A DNA stretch of 63,965 nt, counting the filler, from Rhizaria sp. SCN 62-66 (Eukaryota): NCBI GenBank assembly GCA_001724265.1. It is 3 parts of 3 records of this genome, joined end to end, with 100 filler letters (N's around TTAATTAATTAA, not from the genome) between each part and the next. Parts side by side here need not be neighbours in the genome. Positions count along the whole stretch, not along the records: positions 1 to 26,223 come from MEDY01000422.1; 2 more parts are not named here. The stretch is one strand, 5' to 3'. Positions 10,943 through 23,308 of the stretch are shown here, in pieces. The position numbers and the translations under genes are program-made. The notes beneath the pieces are model-generated. The model did not search any database. It saw only the letters and a program-made list of their open reading frames with translations, and had not been told where the DNA came from. How positions within the stretch are numbered: position 1 is the first letter of the stretch; every line of letters starts with the position of its first letter.

Positions 10943-12241
10943 TCACAGCATCTGGTTGTAGCGGAACGCAGTGAGCATGCGCATGACCATGAGCGTCTGC
11001 GGCGCGAGCTTCGACGCGTACGCAGTCGAGCTGTAGCCCCACCAGTCCCAGCAGCCCTTGGGGTTGAGCACGTTGGCGACGGCGAACGGGTACAGCATGA
11101 CGATGTTGTTGCTCTCAGCCCAGCGGTTGTAGCCAGCGTACTGCGCAAAGGTGCTGCCGAGGTTGTCACGCGTCTGCTCGCAGCCGTGCATGGCCACGTG
11201 CACGCGGCACGACGCAGTCTCGTTGCCCACGCCGCTGCGCATGCTGGCGTTGGGGCCCGCGCGGAGGTAGTGTCCGCCGCGCGCGCGCATCTGCAGCAGC
11301 GCCTCAGTGCGGAGAGATGCAGGAATGGTGTTCTCACCGTGGAGCTTGGCGAACGCGCGCTCGGCGGCGGCGATGTCGGCCGCGATCGACTCGGGCGTCG
11401 CGTCCGCGTCCACGGGCTGTTCGGGCGCCTCCCCAGTCCACGGCATGATGGTATCGCGCACGGTCGAATAGTCGAGAACGTGGCGGCAGTTGGTCGGGAT
11501 GTAGGCGTAGGCGACCGAGTCGAGGCCGACGGTGGCGAGAGAGAGCGGGGGCATCAGCTTCGCAAAGGGCGCCTGGCGGACGCGGTAGAAGTTACTCTCG
11601 GGCAGGAGGTCACTCGCGGGGGCGCGCAGCGTGCCTTCGACAGAGACGACGTCGAGGATGTAGCCGGCGGTGTCGAAGCCGCAGGCGTTGATGTACATGG
11701 GGCCCAGGTACATGCAGTCGTTGCCGAACGCGGCCGTGGGGAACGAGTGCTCGGCCTGGATCTCGTGGTGCGAGACATGTGACGCGTTGAGCGCGGTCTG
11801 GAGCGTGACGAGACGCGTCGAAACGCCGTAGTGGACGACGGTGTCGCGCGGGGAAGCGAAGACAAAGGAGCGGGTCGACTTGAGGCACTCGTGGGGGTCC
11901 AGGAAGCCCGTCGCGACGGACGCGTGGTACTCCTTAAGCAGCAGGGGCACGTTAACAAGCGAAGGGTCCTTCATCAGGGACACGGCGAGCGCGACGTTGG
12001 CCTGGGCAGAGAACCAGGGGCCACCAGCAACGAGTCCGGCGCCATCGAGGAGGGACGAGTAAGCATAGAGGATCTGGTGGGCCGCAAAGGCGCCGGAAGA
12101 GATTCCCGAGACCGAAAGACCAGAGTCCTTAATCACACCATCTTCGACAGAAGCACGACAACCAGTCATGATGCTGCGGGCGGCCACATTTGTGGCAGCA
12201 TAAAGCACGAGGCACACCAAAAGGGAGACCAGGTACCGCAT
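10943..12241 (-). CDS. Secreted poly(3-hydroxybutyrate) depolymerase-like esterase (type-2, circularly permuted catalytic domain), intronless
   Basis: Signal peptide MRYLVSLLVCLVLYAATNVAA; N-terminal lipase box VSGISSGA; GAGLVAGGPW; putative Asp (RDTVV) and His (AEHSFP); CRVHVAMHGC; GYNRWAESNNIVMLYP; NPKGCWDWWGY. These match my recollection of the extracellular PhaZ family. Stop TGA. Confidence 0.82.
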   Translation of the reverse strand: MRYLVSLLVCLVLYAATNVAARSIMTGCRASVEDGVIKDSGLSVSGISSGAFAAHQILYAYSSLLDGAGLVAGGPWFSAQANVALAVSLMKDPSLVNVPLLLKEYHASVATGFLDPHECLKSTRSFVFASPRDTVVHYGVSTRLVTLQTALNASHVSHHEIQAEHSFPTAAFGNDCMYLGPMYINACGFDTAGYILDVVSVEGTLRAPASDLLPESNFYRVRQAPFAKLMPPLSLATVGLDSVAYAYIPTNCRHVLDYSTVRDTIMPWTGEAPEQPVDADATPESIAADIAAAERAFAKLHGENTIPASLRTEALLQMRARGGHYLRAGPNASMRSGVGNETASCRVHVAMHGCEQTRDNLGSTFAQYAGYNRWAESNNIVMLYPFAVANVLNPKGCWDWWGYSSTAYASKLAPQTLMVMRMLTAFRYNQML

Positions 12242-12752
12242 TCTGGAAGGCGAAATTGACAACAGAGATCGCGAAATTGAGCAAATATGAAACTAAGATA
12301 GTATAGATCAACTTGTAAATAAGCAAAACAAAGCATGAGCACCCCATTTAAATGGCCTCAATGCTCTCAATTAAGGACTAACACAAGGGTGACCTCGTTT
12401 GAGGATTTGACCTCGATCGGACGTTGCCCCCCACAGTGTGACAATTTTTGCGAACCAGCCAAAAGCGACGGCGAACGGCGTGGGCGAGGAGGCGAAAGGA
12501 CCGTCATCGGCCTATCGGTCACCTTGATTTTCTCGAGAGTTATTCCTTCTATTAGTTATATTCTGAGTGTTCCAGTGGTAATGCGCAATTTTTATTATAA
12601 TCCAATTTAATTCTTGCTCGAGTGTTCATCTTTGCTGTGAACCAACTCGGCTGCTCGTGCACTCGCTAACTTGGGTTTTGCGGTCTCTCACCATCTCGCC
12701 TTTCGCCGCGTGTGTGTATTGGCTTCCTGCTGTGCTTTAGTCGCCGCTTCCG

Positions 12753-13867
12753 ATGTGCAAGATTACCGAAGACCCCAACACGCCCAAGTACACCGTCGAG
12801 CAGGTGCGCGCGGTTCTCCTGGACGAGACGGCGCCGATCGCCAAGCGTACCCGCTGTGCCTTCATGCTGCGTCAAATCGGCTCCGAAGCCGCGATGGACG
12901 CGCTGGCTGAGGCGATGCGTTCCCCGTCTGTGCTCATCGGCCACGAGGTTGCCTTCGTGCTGGGTCAGATGCAGAACCGCTACATCCAGCCCACGCTTGT
13001 GCGCGTCGTGCAGGACACGACGTACCACCCCGTGGTGCGCCACGAAGTCGCCGAGGCCCTGGGCGCGCTGGCGGACCCCGAATCGATCCCGCTGCTCGAG
13101 ACGCTGTGCGCGGACCCCTGCGTTGAGGTTGCTCACACTGCGCAGATTGCGGTTGAGCGCGTGCGGTTCATCAAGGCGAACCCGACGTGGGACGCCGAGT
13201 ACCACTCGCTCTACCACTGTGTCGACCCGGCCCCGCCCGTCGAGGAGGACGACGTCGGAAAGCTCCAGACGATGCTGACGGACGAGTCGCTCTCGCTCTT
13301 CCAGCGGTACCGCGCGATGTTCAAGTTGCGCGACATCAACACCAAGGAGGCCGTGCTCGCGCTCGCCGAGGGATTCAAGGCCGCGTCGCCCGTGTTGCGC
13401 CACGAGATTGCCTACGTGTTCGGGCAGATCGTCCACCCCGCCTCCGCCGACTCGCTCAAGGTACGGATATATCTCTCTATTTTATGCACTAAAACGATAT
13501 CAAGATTAATATCAAGTTCTCTTGAGACACAAGACGATTGAATCGTGAACTGTTTTCTTAACGTGAACGTCACAACTTCATTACTCACGACACACGCGCA
13601 CTGTATTTGCTCTTGTTCCTTGCATAGGTCGTGATCGCCGATAAGAGCGAGCACGCGATGGTGCGCCACGAGGCCGCCGAGGCGCTGGGTGCGATCGCCG
13701 GTGACAGCTGCCACCCGGAGGAGCCCGAGATCCAGTCAGTTCTCGCGGTGCTCAAGGAGTTCCAGGCTGATGACGACCGGATCGTGGCTGAGAGCTGCGA
13801 TGTCGCGCTCGATATTCACGACTACTGGCAGAACGACGAGGAGGTCGACACGAACCTCGACGCGTAA
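12753..13867 (+). CDS. DOHH: Deoxyhypusine hydroxylase; exons 12753-13460 and 13628-13867
   Basis: Four HEAT-like HE motifs (LIGHEVAFVLGQ, VVRHEVAEALGA, VLRHEIAYVFGQ, MVRHEAAEALGAI), the VDPAPP linker, LFQRYRAMFKLR and VAESCDVALD. One GT-AG intron. Stop TAA. Confidence 0.95.
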
Positions 13868-14498
13868 GTACGTTAGTTGCTGTTGTAGGCTTACAAAGCA
13901 GGTCAACTTGACTACACAACGCACCGCTCCGGGACGCGCGCAATATACACGCTAACAATGCGTTGTGTGGTGATGTTGTGGGCGTTGAAGGGAAAGTGGT
14001 CGTTGCGCACGAATGGGAGCTTTTGACTTACATTTGGTGGAGAAAAGCCTGTTTGTGTGCTCAATTTGTCGCACTTGCCGCCCCTAACAGGACCAGATTA
14101 TGACGATAAATCGCGTCAAACTATCTAGATTTAGACTTCAAGCAGTTTTGTGCAACATAATCGTTTAATAGCACATGCATACAGTTCGTTAATCAACTTA
14201 AAACTTTGTGAGGATTTATATTTCCAATGAATTCAAAGGAAATCTAATTTCGCGCCAATCCGGCGATAAGTCTAACGGCTATATTCTCAACAACGATCGT
14301 GCGAGAACTGGACATGTAAATATAACCGTGGAACTCCGACGGATGAAAATGCAATTGAAACGCAGGATTTGACTGACTTATTTTTACTTAATCTTTTATT
14401 ATCCATTTGTATTCTTTGCACTTTAACTCCTGAGAAGACAGTTTTGTTAAGCCGTTAAGCAACAGCCAAGAAGCTCGACCCGTTACTTCCTCTCCAAG

Positions 14499-15141
14499 AT
14501 GCCTTTGGGACAGGGCTCGCGCCCCGACACCGGTCGGAAGTCCTCCTCGAGCACGTCCGCGCACAGCACAAAGAAGATTACTCCCATGCCGGCGCCGTCG
14601 CACGGCAAGTCTGAGTCCCGCGCGAGCGGCGGCGGACGGAAGCCTGAATGGAACACTTTCGTCAAGGACGCGGAGGAGTTCCGCCTTCCCGCGCGCAAGC
14701 AAGTCGAGAAACATCTCGCGCTTGCGCCTAAGCACCGCATCCAGGACCGCCTTGACACGGTGCTAAAGTCCACGGCCGCTGCGTCTGCGCCGCGCGAGTG
14801 GGACGACGGCTCCGACCCCGAGACGACTTCTCACTCTCTCTCTCACGCCCACACTCGCGCTCGTATTCAGCAGGCTCAAACCCTCGGCCACGGCCACGGC
14901 CACAGCAGCAGCGGCAGCGGCAGCCGCGGCGGCAACGACGACGATGACGCAGACGACCTGTACGGTTACAGCGCGACCGCGGAGGACGACGACGACGAAG
15001 ACAACCCTTACTATAGCGGTCCTGTCGATGATGAGCATTATGCCGCTGCTCGCGGTGCTAACAGCGGGCACGGTGCGGGTGGCAGCCGCCAGCGCGCGCG
15101 CTTTGCCCCCGCGACTGTGCACGGCCTGCACGACAACGACT

Positions 15142-15176
<35 letters not shown>

Positions 15177-18100
15177 AACGATCATGATAACGATTATGAT
15201 AACGATTATGACGACGACGGACGTGATTACGACGGCTACAACAGCAACGACAACGGCGACGATGACAAAAACGATGGCAACGACGGCGACGACAGTAGTG
15301 CTGCGTACGGTGCTGCGAGCTTGAGAGCGCGCGCCTCAGAGGCCTCTCTGCGCGCCGCTGCAGCGCTCAACCGTGTCTCTGCTGGGAACAATACTGGGAG
15401 CAGTGCTGCAAGCAACGCTGCTGCTGGGTCTGCACGCCCAGCCTCTGGCCGCGCCACTGCCCCCACTGCTCTCAACATCCACAGCAGCAGTAGCAACAAC
15501 AACAACAGTGCTGCTGCCTCCGCGTCTACCTCGTCGCTCTCAGCCCGTCAGCGCAAGTCCACGACTGCTACTAGTGGCCATGCTGCTTCGACAGCGCCTG
15601 CGACGGCGTCTGCTATGGCGACCGTGAGCGCAGGCGTTGGCGCCCGGCTCAAGGGCCTGAGCGCGGAAGAAGAGGCTGCGATGCTTCGCCGCGCGCTTGC
15701 TTCGCAACCGCCCGCGACGCCCGGCCGTGCGCAGCAAGCACAATCACAGTGGCACTCTCACTCTCAACCTCCGCAGCAACAGCAGCAGGCGAACAGCCAA
15801 CAGCAGCAGAACCAGGCTGACGGCAGCGCTGCGGCGCGCGCACGTGCGCAGCGGCAGCAGGCTGCTGCGGACGCCGCCGTGGAGGCCGAGGCCGAGGCCG
15901 CGCTTGCGGCGGCGCGCGCGGCGGCGGCGCGGCGCGGGCCTGCGGGCGCGGCCGAGTTCACCAAAGAGGACTCGCGCGCGCTGCGGGCAGTACTGCAAGC
16001 GCTTGACGGTAAGGCGCGGAAGCGTAGCGAAATGCTCGCGAGCGGGGGGATCTACTTCAGCAACACCGGCGGCGCTGACGCCGACAATAATAACGATGAT
16101 GACGACAGTGCGCGTGCTCACGACGACGGCGACCAAGAGCGCGATCAGGACGATGAAGAAGACGGCGTTGACTTGACTCAGCTCTCTCGCCCCGCCGCTC
16201 CCGCCGCTGCGGCTGCCGCGGCTGCGATCGCTGCGAAGCAGCAGCTGAACGCGCGCAAGTACTACGAGGAGACTTACAGTCAACTCGCGCCTGTCCCTGC
16301 TCCCGCCCCTGCTGCTTTTTCCGCTACCTCTACCCCTGCGCCTGTCGGTGCCGGTACCGGTGCGGGAGCAAACGCGATGCTGTCGCCGCCGCGCGCGAAT
16401 GCGTGGGACCAAGAGGCCTTCTACCGCTACTACGGCGTCGCCGGCGATTCCGCCAACTCTTCACAGCAACTGCAGCAACTGCAGCAGCAGCCTGTGCGCG
16501 CTTCTGCTGCCGCCGCGCACGGCCCCGCGCCCAACTCTGCGGCCGGCGGCATGTTTGCCTCGCCCCAGCGCGCCCATACCGTCGCAGTCCCCAGCAACAG
16601 CAGCAGCAGCAGCAGCAGCAGTCTGAGTGTATTCGACAACAACAGCTTTGCCGCTGGCACGAGCTCTGGTGCGTCAAGTGAGCAGTTGCGCGACCTTTAC
16701 GTGTTGCTCAGTGGCGTCTCCGCGCGCGTCGCCGCCCTTGACGCAGCCCGCACAGCTCCTGTGGCTAACAACAGTGGCGCCCAGAGCAGTACTGTTTCTG
16801 CGGGAGGCGAGAATGAGAGCGCCGTGGTGGCGGCGCTGCGCAGCGACTGCGAGCGCCTTACCGGCTCCGTGCAGAGTCTGTCCGAGACTGTGACGCAGCT
16901 GGCGATGTTTGTGCGTCTGGCCTCCGAGGACGCCGAGGACGTGCGCGCACAGCTGCGCGCGGTGCAGGAGAGCGAGGCTGCGCTGCGCGAGGACGTCGCA
17001 GCCGCGCGCGCGGACGCTGCGGCGGCCCGCAACGAGGCCGCCGCCGCGCGCAACGACGCCGCGGCCGGCAACGCCGCTGTCGCGCGGGAGATCAACGAAC
17101 TCCGTGCGACAATGCGCGCGCACGATAACGCCATCGCCGCCGTCTCCGCGACTGTGAACGCCAAGCCGTCTGTGGCAGCGCTTGCGGCGCTCACGGCGCA
17201 GCTGCAGCAGCAGCCGGGGGGCACCGCGCAGGGCTCGCTGCCGCCGTCGCCGCAGAAGCCTCAGCGCCAGCAGCAGCAGCAGGCGGTCGCTGCGCACGGT
17301 CACTCTCAGGGCCCCTATGGACAGCCCGGCTACCCAGCTGCTGCTCACAGTCACCACTCGGCTGCTCACGGTCACCCTGCTGCTGCATATGGCCAGCCCC
17401 CCTACGCTCACGGCCACCCCCCCGCGGCGAGTCACGGCAGGCCACAGCCTCAGCCTCAGCCGCAACAGTCTGCTCACGGCTATCCTGCCCACGGTCACCC
17501 TGCGCAGTCGCACGGTGGCTACGGCGCCGAGCCCTCATACCCAGCGCCTCTGGCATGGGAAGTCCCCGTCGACACCACCACCAGTACTGCCGACACCGCA
17601 AGCGCTCATCACGCGGCTCACCCTGCGAATGCGAACGCCAACAGTGCAGCCGGCGCCCAGAGTACGGCGGCGGGGGCCGCGAGCACCGCGATCCGCGGCC
17701 GTTCGTTTGCCCGGCCGACTTACTCGGCAGGCACACAGCGCGTGATGCCGCCCCGCTCGCCTGCGCGCACTGTGGCCGCCGCCGCCGCCCACCCCGGCCA
17801 GCAAGGCTACGGTCCCGCCGCGGCTGCCGCTGCCCACGCCGCCGCCGCTGTGGAGGGCACTCAGCCCGGGGCGGCGCAGCGCGTGCGCGAGAGCGAGTTT
17901 GCCCCCGTCCCTGTCCCTACGGCCGGCGACAGCGGCGCTTATGGTTACGCGCCCGCCGTCGTCGCCGGCGGAGGCAACGGCGGCTACGGCAGCACGTTCG
18001 ACGACGACTATGACTACGGCTACGACGCTGACGCCCCCGCGACTGAGAGCGAGCCCGCTGCGGCCCCCGCGCCCGCGCCCGCGCCGGCGCCGGCCCCCGC

Positions 18101-18800
18101 TGCGGGGCCTGTGCGCCGTACTGCTGCTGCAGCGACGACCGCGGCGGCCCCTTCGCGCGCGCGCACCGCGACCGCCGCGACTGCCGCGACCGCCGCGGCC
18201 GCTGCGACCAAGCCCGCCGTGCGCGCCGGCGCTGCTGGTCCGTCTGTTGCGAGCGGCGCGCGCGCGCGGCCCGGCTCCGCTGCCGCCGCAGCTGCCGCCG
18301 CGCCCGCTGCTGCAGCTGCGGCTGAGCCCGCAAAGCGCGGCATGGTAAGCAACGCCACGCTCGCGCGCCGCGCCGCTGCAGCCGCCGCGAGTGCCGCGGC
18401 TGCAGGAAAACTCGGCGCGCACACCACAAGCGCGCACTCTGCGCCGACCCGCGCCGCCGTCGCCGCCGCCGCCGCCGCTGCCGCCGCCGCGGTGCCCGCG
18501 CTGCCCCGCGCGGCCTACGCCGATCACGGCGACGACCACGACGACGGACATAGTCTCGGCGACGGCAACGGCGAAGGCTCCGTGGGCTCTGGGTCCTCGC
18601 CTGCGTCGGCCTCGGCCACGCCCACCAGTGCGACCCCACGTGCGCCCGGCACGTCGCACGCCGCGGGCGGGCCCGCTGCCGCCGGCACGCCCACGCAGGG
18701 CCCCGCGCCTGTGGCGGCCACCGGCGGGTTCTTTGCCGACCCGTTCCAGCACTACGAATCGCAGTCGCAGTCTCCGCAGCAGCAGTCTCAGCAGCAGTCT

Positions 18801-18843
<43 letters not shown>

Positions 18844-19526
18844 CTCAGCAGCAGCAGCAGCCGCCGCAGTCTGTGGGTGGGGTGCGTTTCTTCGACCCGT
18901 TGGCCGCCCGCCAGCAACGTGACGCCGCGGCTCTTAACGCGCAGGCGCAGTCGCACTTGCAATTGAATCACAGCGCTGCGATTGTCCCGCACTATCCCAC
19001 GGCCTGGGCCGGCCCTCCTAGCGCAAGCTTGGCTGCACTCGACGCCGCCGCGCTCTCCGGTCTGCCGCCCGCGCTGAGCTCCGCTGCCGCCGCGGGCACG
19101 GGCGCGGGCGCCGCGGGCGTGCGCGCGGCGATGCAGCGCGCGTATGTGTCGCACGCAGCGTCGACGGCGGCGACGGTCAACGAGGCTGCGGCCGCTGCCG
19201 CTGCGGCCGCCGCGGCCGAGGCCGGGCCCGTTGAGCCGAGCGGTGCGTCGGTGTTCACGCGCTATCTGGGCACTGGCGGCGGTTTTGGCAGCTACGGTGG
19301 CAATGCGCAGGCGCTGCAGCAACAGCAGCACCAGCAGCCTCAGCAGCCCCAGCAGCAGCAACAGATGCGTCCCGGCGCGGGCGCTGCGGCAGTGCATGGT
19401 GGCGCTGCTGCTGGGGAGCGCAGCCGCGGCGGCGTGCCCGCGGCGGCGGTTGAGGACGGCCGCGTGCGCGTGCCGCCTATGGCCGCGTGGACCGTGGGCA
19501 TGCACCGTGACGTGCGCGTCGACTAA
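14499..19526 (+). CDS. 1675-aa low-complexity protein with a central coiled coil, function unknown
   Basis: Long uninterrupted ATG-to-TAA ORF with host-like codon bias, a polyAsp tract, polyQ/polyA runs and a heptad-like segment (LRSDCERLTGSVQSLSETV...EINELRATM). AT-rich flanks. Confidence 0.8.
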
Positions 19527-19891
19527 GGCTGGCATGTGTTAACACTGAAGATGAACTTGCATCTCAATCCATGTCAATTGGCGAGCCGATTGACTTGATT
19601 TTGATAGCAATGAAAACGAACTATATCTCTAGATAACATTAGCGTAATTATGAGGCAAAATCAAACTTAGGCAACAATTCTAATGAATAATACACACAAC
19701 ATCATCTTAACCACTCACACTAGCATAAACGTAACTTTTACAAATTAGTCAAATCAGATAACAAACATGTTGTTGAATGTTCGTATATGTCGTCCAAAAT
19801 CATATGAATAAAAATGCGAGTAGTATTGTATATAATAAATTTTGTTCTTACTAGTAGTAATAGCTAAATAGTTCTTCATATCGTAAGATAA

Positions 19892-22376
19892 TTACGCCTT
19901 GTAGACGTGATGGTAGACGAGCATCATGGCCAAATCACGACCCAGCGGCCGCGCGAGCTCCGCGCACGGCAGACACAGCGCGTCCGCCCACCCGCCGCGC
20001 GCCTCCCCAGCCGGCACCTGTCCGTCGGCCGCGGTCGCAGCAGTCGCCGCGGTCACCGCAGCCGCCGCGGTCGCAGCGGTCCCGCCGGCGCGGATCTGCG
20101 CGACCTGCGCCAGCTCCGCGGCGAGCGGCGCGGGCGGCGCGTGGCGCACGCGGCCGCACAGCAGACAGCGCGCGCGTGCGGCCGCGGCGTCGCCCGTCAG
20201 CACCGCAGCCGCGTCCCACGCAGCGGGCAGGAACTCGGACAGCGCGGGTCGTGACGCGGGCTTTCTGCCAGCCGCCAGCCGCGCGGCCGCAGCCGAGCCC
20301 GCGGTCGGGACTGTGCGATACCGGCGGCCGGAGCGACGCGCCGCACTCGCAGCGTTCTCGGTCGCAATCGCGCTCTCAGGAGCAGTGGCGCTCTCAGGGA
20401 CAGCGGCAGCGTCAGAGGGCTGAGGAGCAGCGGTCCCGACAGTGACGCCGGCGGTAGTCCCGGCAGTGACGCCGGCGGCGGCACCACTGGTCGCGTGGCT
20501 GGTGCTGCAGCCGCCGCCGCAGCAGCCAGAGTCAGACTCAGGCGCAGCAGGAGCAGCAGCAGCCGCAGCGGCATCCGCGGGAGTCGCTTTGTAGCTCACG
20601 CCGCTGCCACAGCCACCGGAGCCGCAGCCGCCAGCCTTCTTCTTGCCAGCGCCGCTGCCGCCGCCGCCGCCGCCGCAGCCGCTGCGTCCGTCATCGTGCT
20701 CGTCCTCATCCCCCTCAGCCTCGGCCAGCGTGTCCGCCGCCGCGTCTGCGTCGGCGTCAGCGCCGGCCGAGGAGAGCAGCACGGCGAGCTTCTCCGCCGT
20801 GCGCACGATGTTGGGCACCGTGGTGTCAGCCGCAGCCTGCATCGTGCGCAGGAACGACTCGGCCAGCGAATTCGCGCTCGCGCCAGCCGCGGCCGCCGCG
20901 CGCGCGACTGAGCCCCGCGCCACCGTCGGCACAGCCTCCGCGCGCACCGCGACAGCTCCAGTCGCGGCGCTCTTGCTCGCGGCGCTTTTGCTAGCGGCGC
21001 CGTTGAGCGTTGCGCCGTTGTTGAGCGCTGCGTTGTTGTTAAGCGCTGCGAGGGCGTCCGCGGCGGCGTCCGCGAGGAGTACGTCCCTGGCGCGGCCGCG
21101 CACGGCAAGCGGGAGTCGCAGGAAGTGCGCGTACAGCGAGACCGGCTTGGCCACTAAGTCACGCAGCGGGCGCAGCTCGCGCACCCACGGCAGCGCAGCG
21201 CCACCGCCGCCGCCGCAGCTGGCGCTCTCAGTCATTGTCTGGCTCTCAGTCTGACTCACGCTCTGGCTCTGGTCACCGCCAGACTGCGGAAAAGCATGCA
21301 GCGCCGGGACCGCGAGCGCAGCGGGCAGCGCGACGCGGCGCAGGTCGACGTGCGCGACAATCTCCGGCAGTGCGGCGCCGCGGCCGGTGACAAGCGCGGC
21401 GACGGCGTCTGCAGCGCACGTGCTCATACTGGCCCCCGAGGCGAGCTGAGTGAACCCCAGCGCGAGCGCGGCGCGCTGCAGCACGCGCGCGCGCAGGAGC
21501 GAGATGAGCCACGCGCGCGCGTCGCCGCGGGGCAGCGCCATCACGAGCCGCCGCAGCCACGCGCGGCGGCGCCGCTGCAGCGCCAGCAGCGCCCACCGCG
21601 GCGCGCACGCGTTCACAAACTGGCCGGCGCTCGCGGCCGCGGCGGCAGTGACTGAGTAGCCGGGGCCGGTCGAGACAGCGCTGGTCTCTGCGGTGGCGGC
21701 GCTGGGGGCAAAGAGGGCGGCGCGCAGCGCAGCGTCGGGGTCGCACACACCGCAGCCCGGAGCGGCGGCGGCGTCCAGTGAAGCCAGTGGTGGCGTCGCG
21801 CCGTTACTGTTTGTGGCGGCAGAGGGGCAGCGGCAGGGCGCGTATGGCGCGACGACGAGGCGTGGCGGCACCACGGTCTCCAGGCCGAGCACAAGCACGG
21901 GCACCACGGAGTGCTGCGGCGCCGTCAGCGGCGGCGGCGGCGCGCGGAAACGGCCCTTCTCAGTCACCGTCTCCTTCCCAGGCGCATCGACAGCAGCTGC
22001 AGCCGCTGTCTCTGCAGTCGCGATCACAGAGACTGCGGGCACGGTACCAGTCGCAGGCGCGCGTAAGTCGTCGCTGGCCGCGTCGGCGCTGCTCGCGCGG
22101 TCACTGGTACTGCTGCTGTTGGTGGGAACCTGCGGGCAGTAGTGATTCCACCTCGCCAGCCGAACACATGGCAACAACTCCTCCAGCGCGTCCTGTGAGT
22201 CCTGTGAAGCGACGCGTGCGTGCGGCAGCGGAACCCAGGCGGGCTCGGAGCGCGCGCGGTGCGCCGCGGTGGCGAGCGCGGGGGCGGCGTCCCGATCAAC
22301 CGCAGTCGCGGCCGCCGCTGACGACGCAGCCGACGCTGTTGCTGCTGTCGTCGCTGTTTCAATTGCTGTTGCTGCA

Positions 22377-22411
<35 letters not shown>

Positions 22412-23308
22412 TGTGGAGACCGGCGCGGCCGGGAGAAACGCGTCGTCAACGTGCACAGTAAGCAGCCGCACGGCGAGCGAGTGCGGCGCGGCGTTGGCGG
22501 CGGCGTCGCGGCGGCGTAGCGCCAGTGTGCGCGCGGTGAAGCCCGCCGCGGCGCGCGGACACTGCGGAGACTCGACCGGCAGCGGCAGCGAGCGGTGCGC
22601 GGACGCCTCACTCGCAGGAGCCTCCTCGGCGGCGGCGGCGCTGCTGCTGCTGCTGGTGGAGGCGAAGGGCTGCGGCGGCGGCGCGCGAGTCGGGTGCTGG
22701 AAGGGGAATGAAGGCGAGAGGATGGCGGCGGAGAGCGCGGGCGCGGGCGCGGCGAGCGGGTCAAAGCGCGCGAGCTCGGCCTCCACGGCGCTCGCGGCGC
22801 GGCCATCACGGTAGGTGCACGCGGGATACGGCGCGAGGTCACCGTCACGCAGCGAAGAGGCAGCGGTCTGTGTTGAAGAGGCAGCGGTCTGCGTTGAAGA
22901 GGCAGCGGTCTGCGTTGTCATGGCAGAAACAGTGTCAAGCTGCGACAGAGCTGCTGTGTCTGCAGCGGGGATCACTGTTGTGGCCGCGGTCAGGGCGGCG
23001 TCGGGCAGCGCGTAGCAGAGGGCGCCGGCCTCCTTGAGGATGTTAAGCACGGCGGCCGAGCCCGCGCCGCCGGAGTAGGCGAGCATAACCTTCGTGTAGC
23101 GAATCGTGGCGCACTGGGTCATGAGCGCATCCGTGCAGCGCCGGCGCACGTCTGTGATGAAGCAGTCGCGACAGAGTGGACAACCCTGCCAGGCAATTAC
23201 CGTCTGCTTCGGCGCAGTCGCGGGACAGCGCGGGCAGATGCGCGAGACAGTGCTCCGCGGGAGCGCGGGCTGAAGAGATGCCGCGGAGTTGGTGTACGAC
23301 ACGGACAT
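19892..23308 (-). CDS. CTU2: Cytoplasmic tRNA 2-thiolation protein 2, expanded by Ala-rich insertions
   Basis: N-terminal CxxC...LCRDCF; degenerate PP-loop KVMLAYSGGAGS; VHVDD; LRARVLQRAA...A.DAVAALVTGRG; RPLRDL; ESFLRTMQ...TVPNIVRTAEKL; CLLC and terminal LCLPC. Stop TAA. Confidence 0.85.
22854..22917 (-). repeat. 21-bp tandem repeat x3 (TQTAASS) inside CTU2
   Basis: GAAGAGGCAGCGGTCTG(T/C)GTT occurs three times in tandem. Confidence 0.9.

Noticed and set aside
5491-12241. PHA-metabolism gene cluster (R-hydratase plus PHB depolymerase)
   Set aside because: The hydratase is an ordinary peroxisomal (AKL) enzyme, the depolymerase is secreted, HslU lies between them, and no PHA synthase is present.
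7372-13870. GTAAGT overlapping the TAA stops of HslU and DOHH as splice donors, which would undermine TAA as stop
   Set aside because: HslU ends exactly at its conserved C-terminus and DOHH is complete; real donors here are GTRCG.
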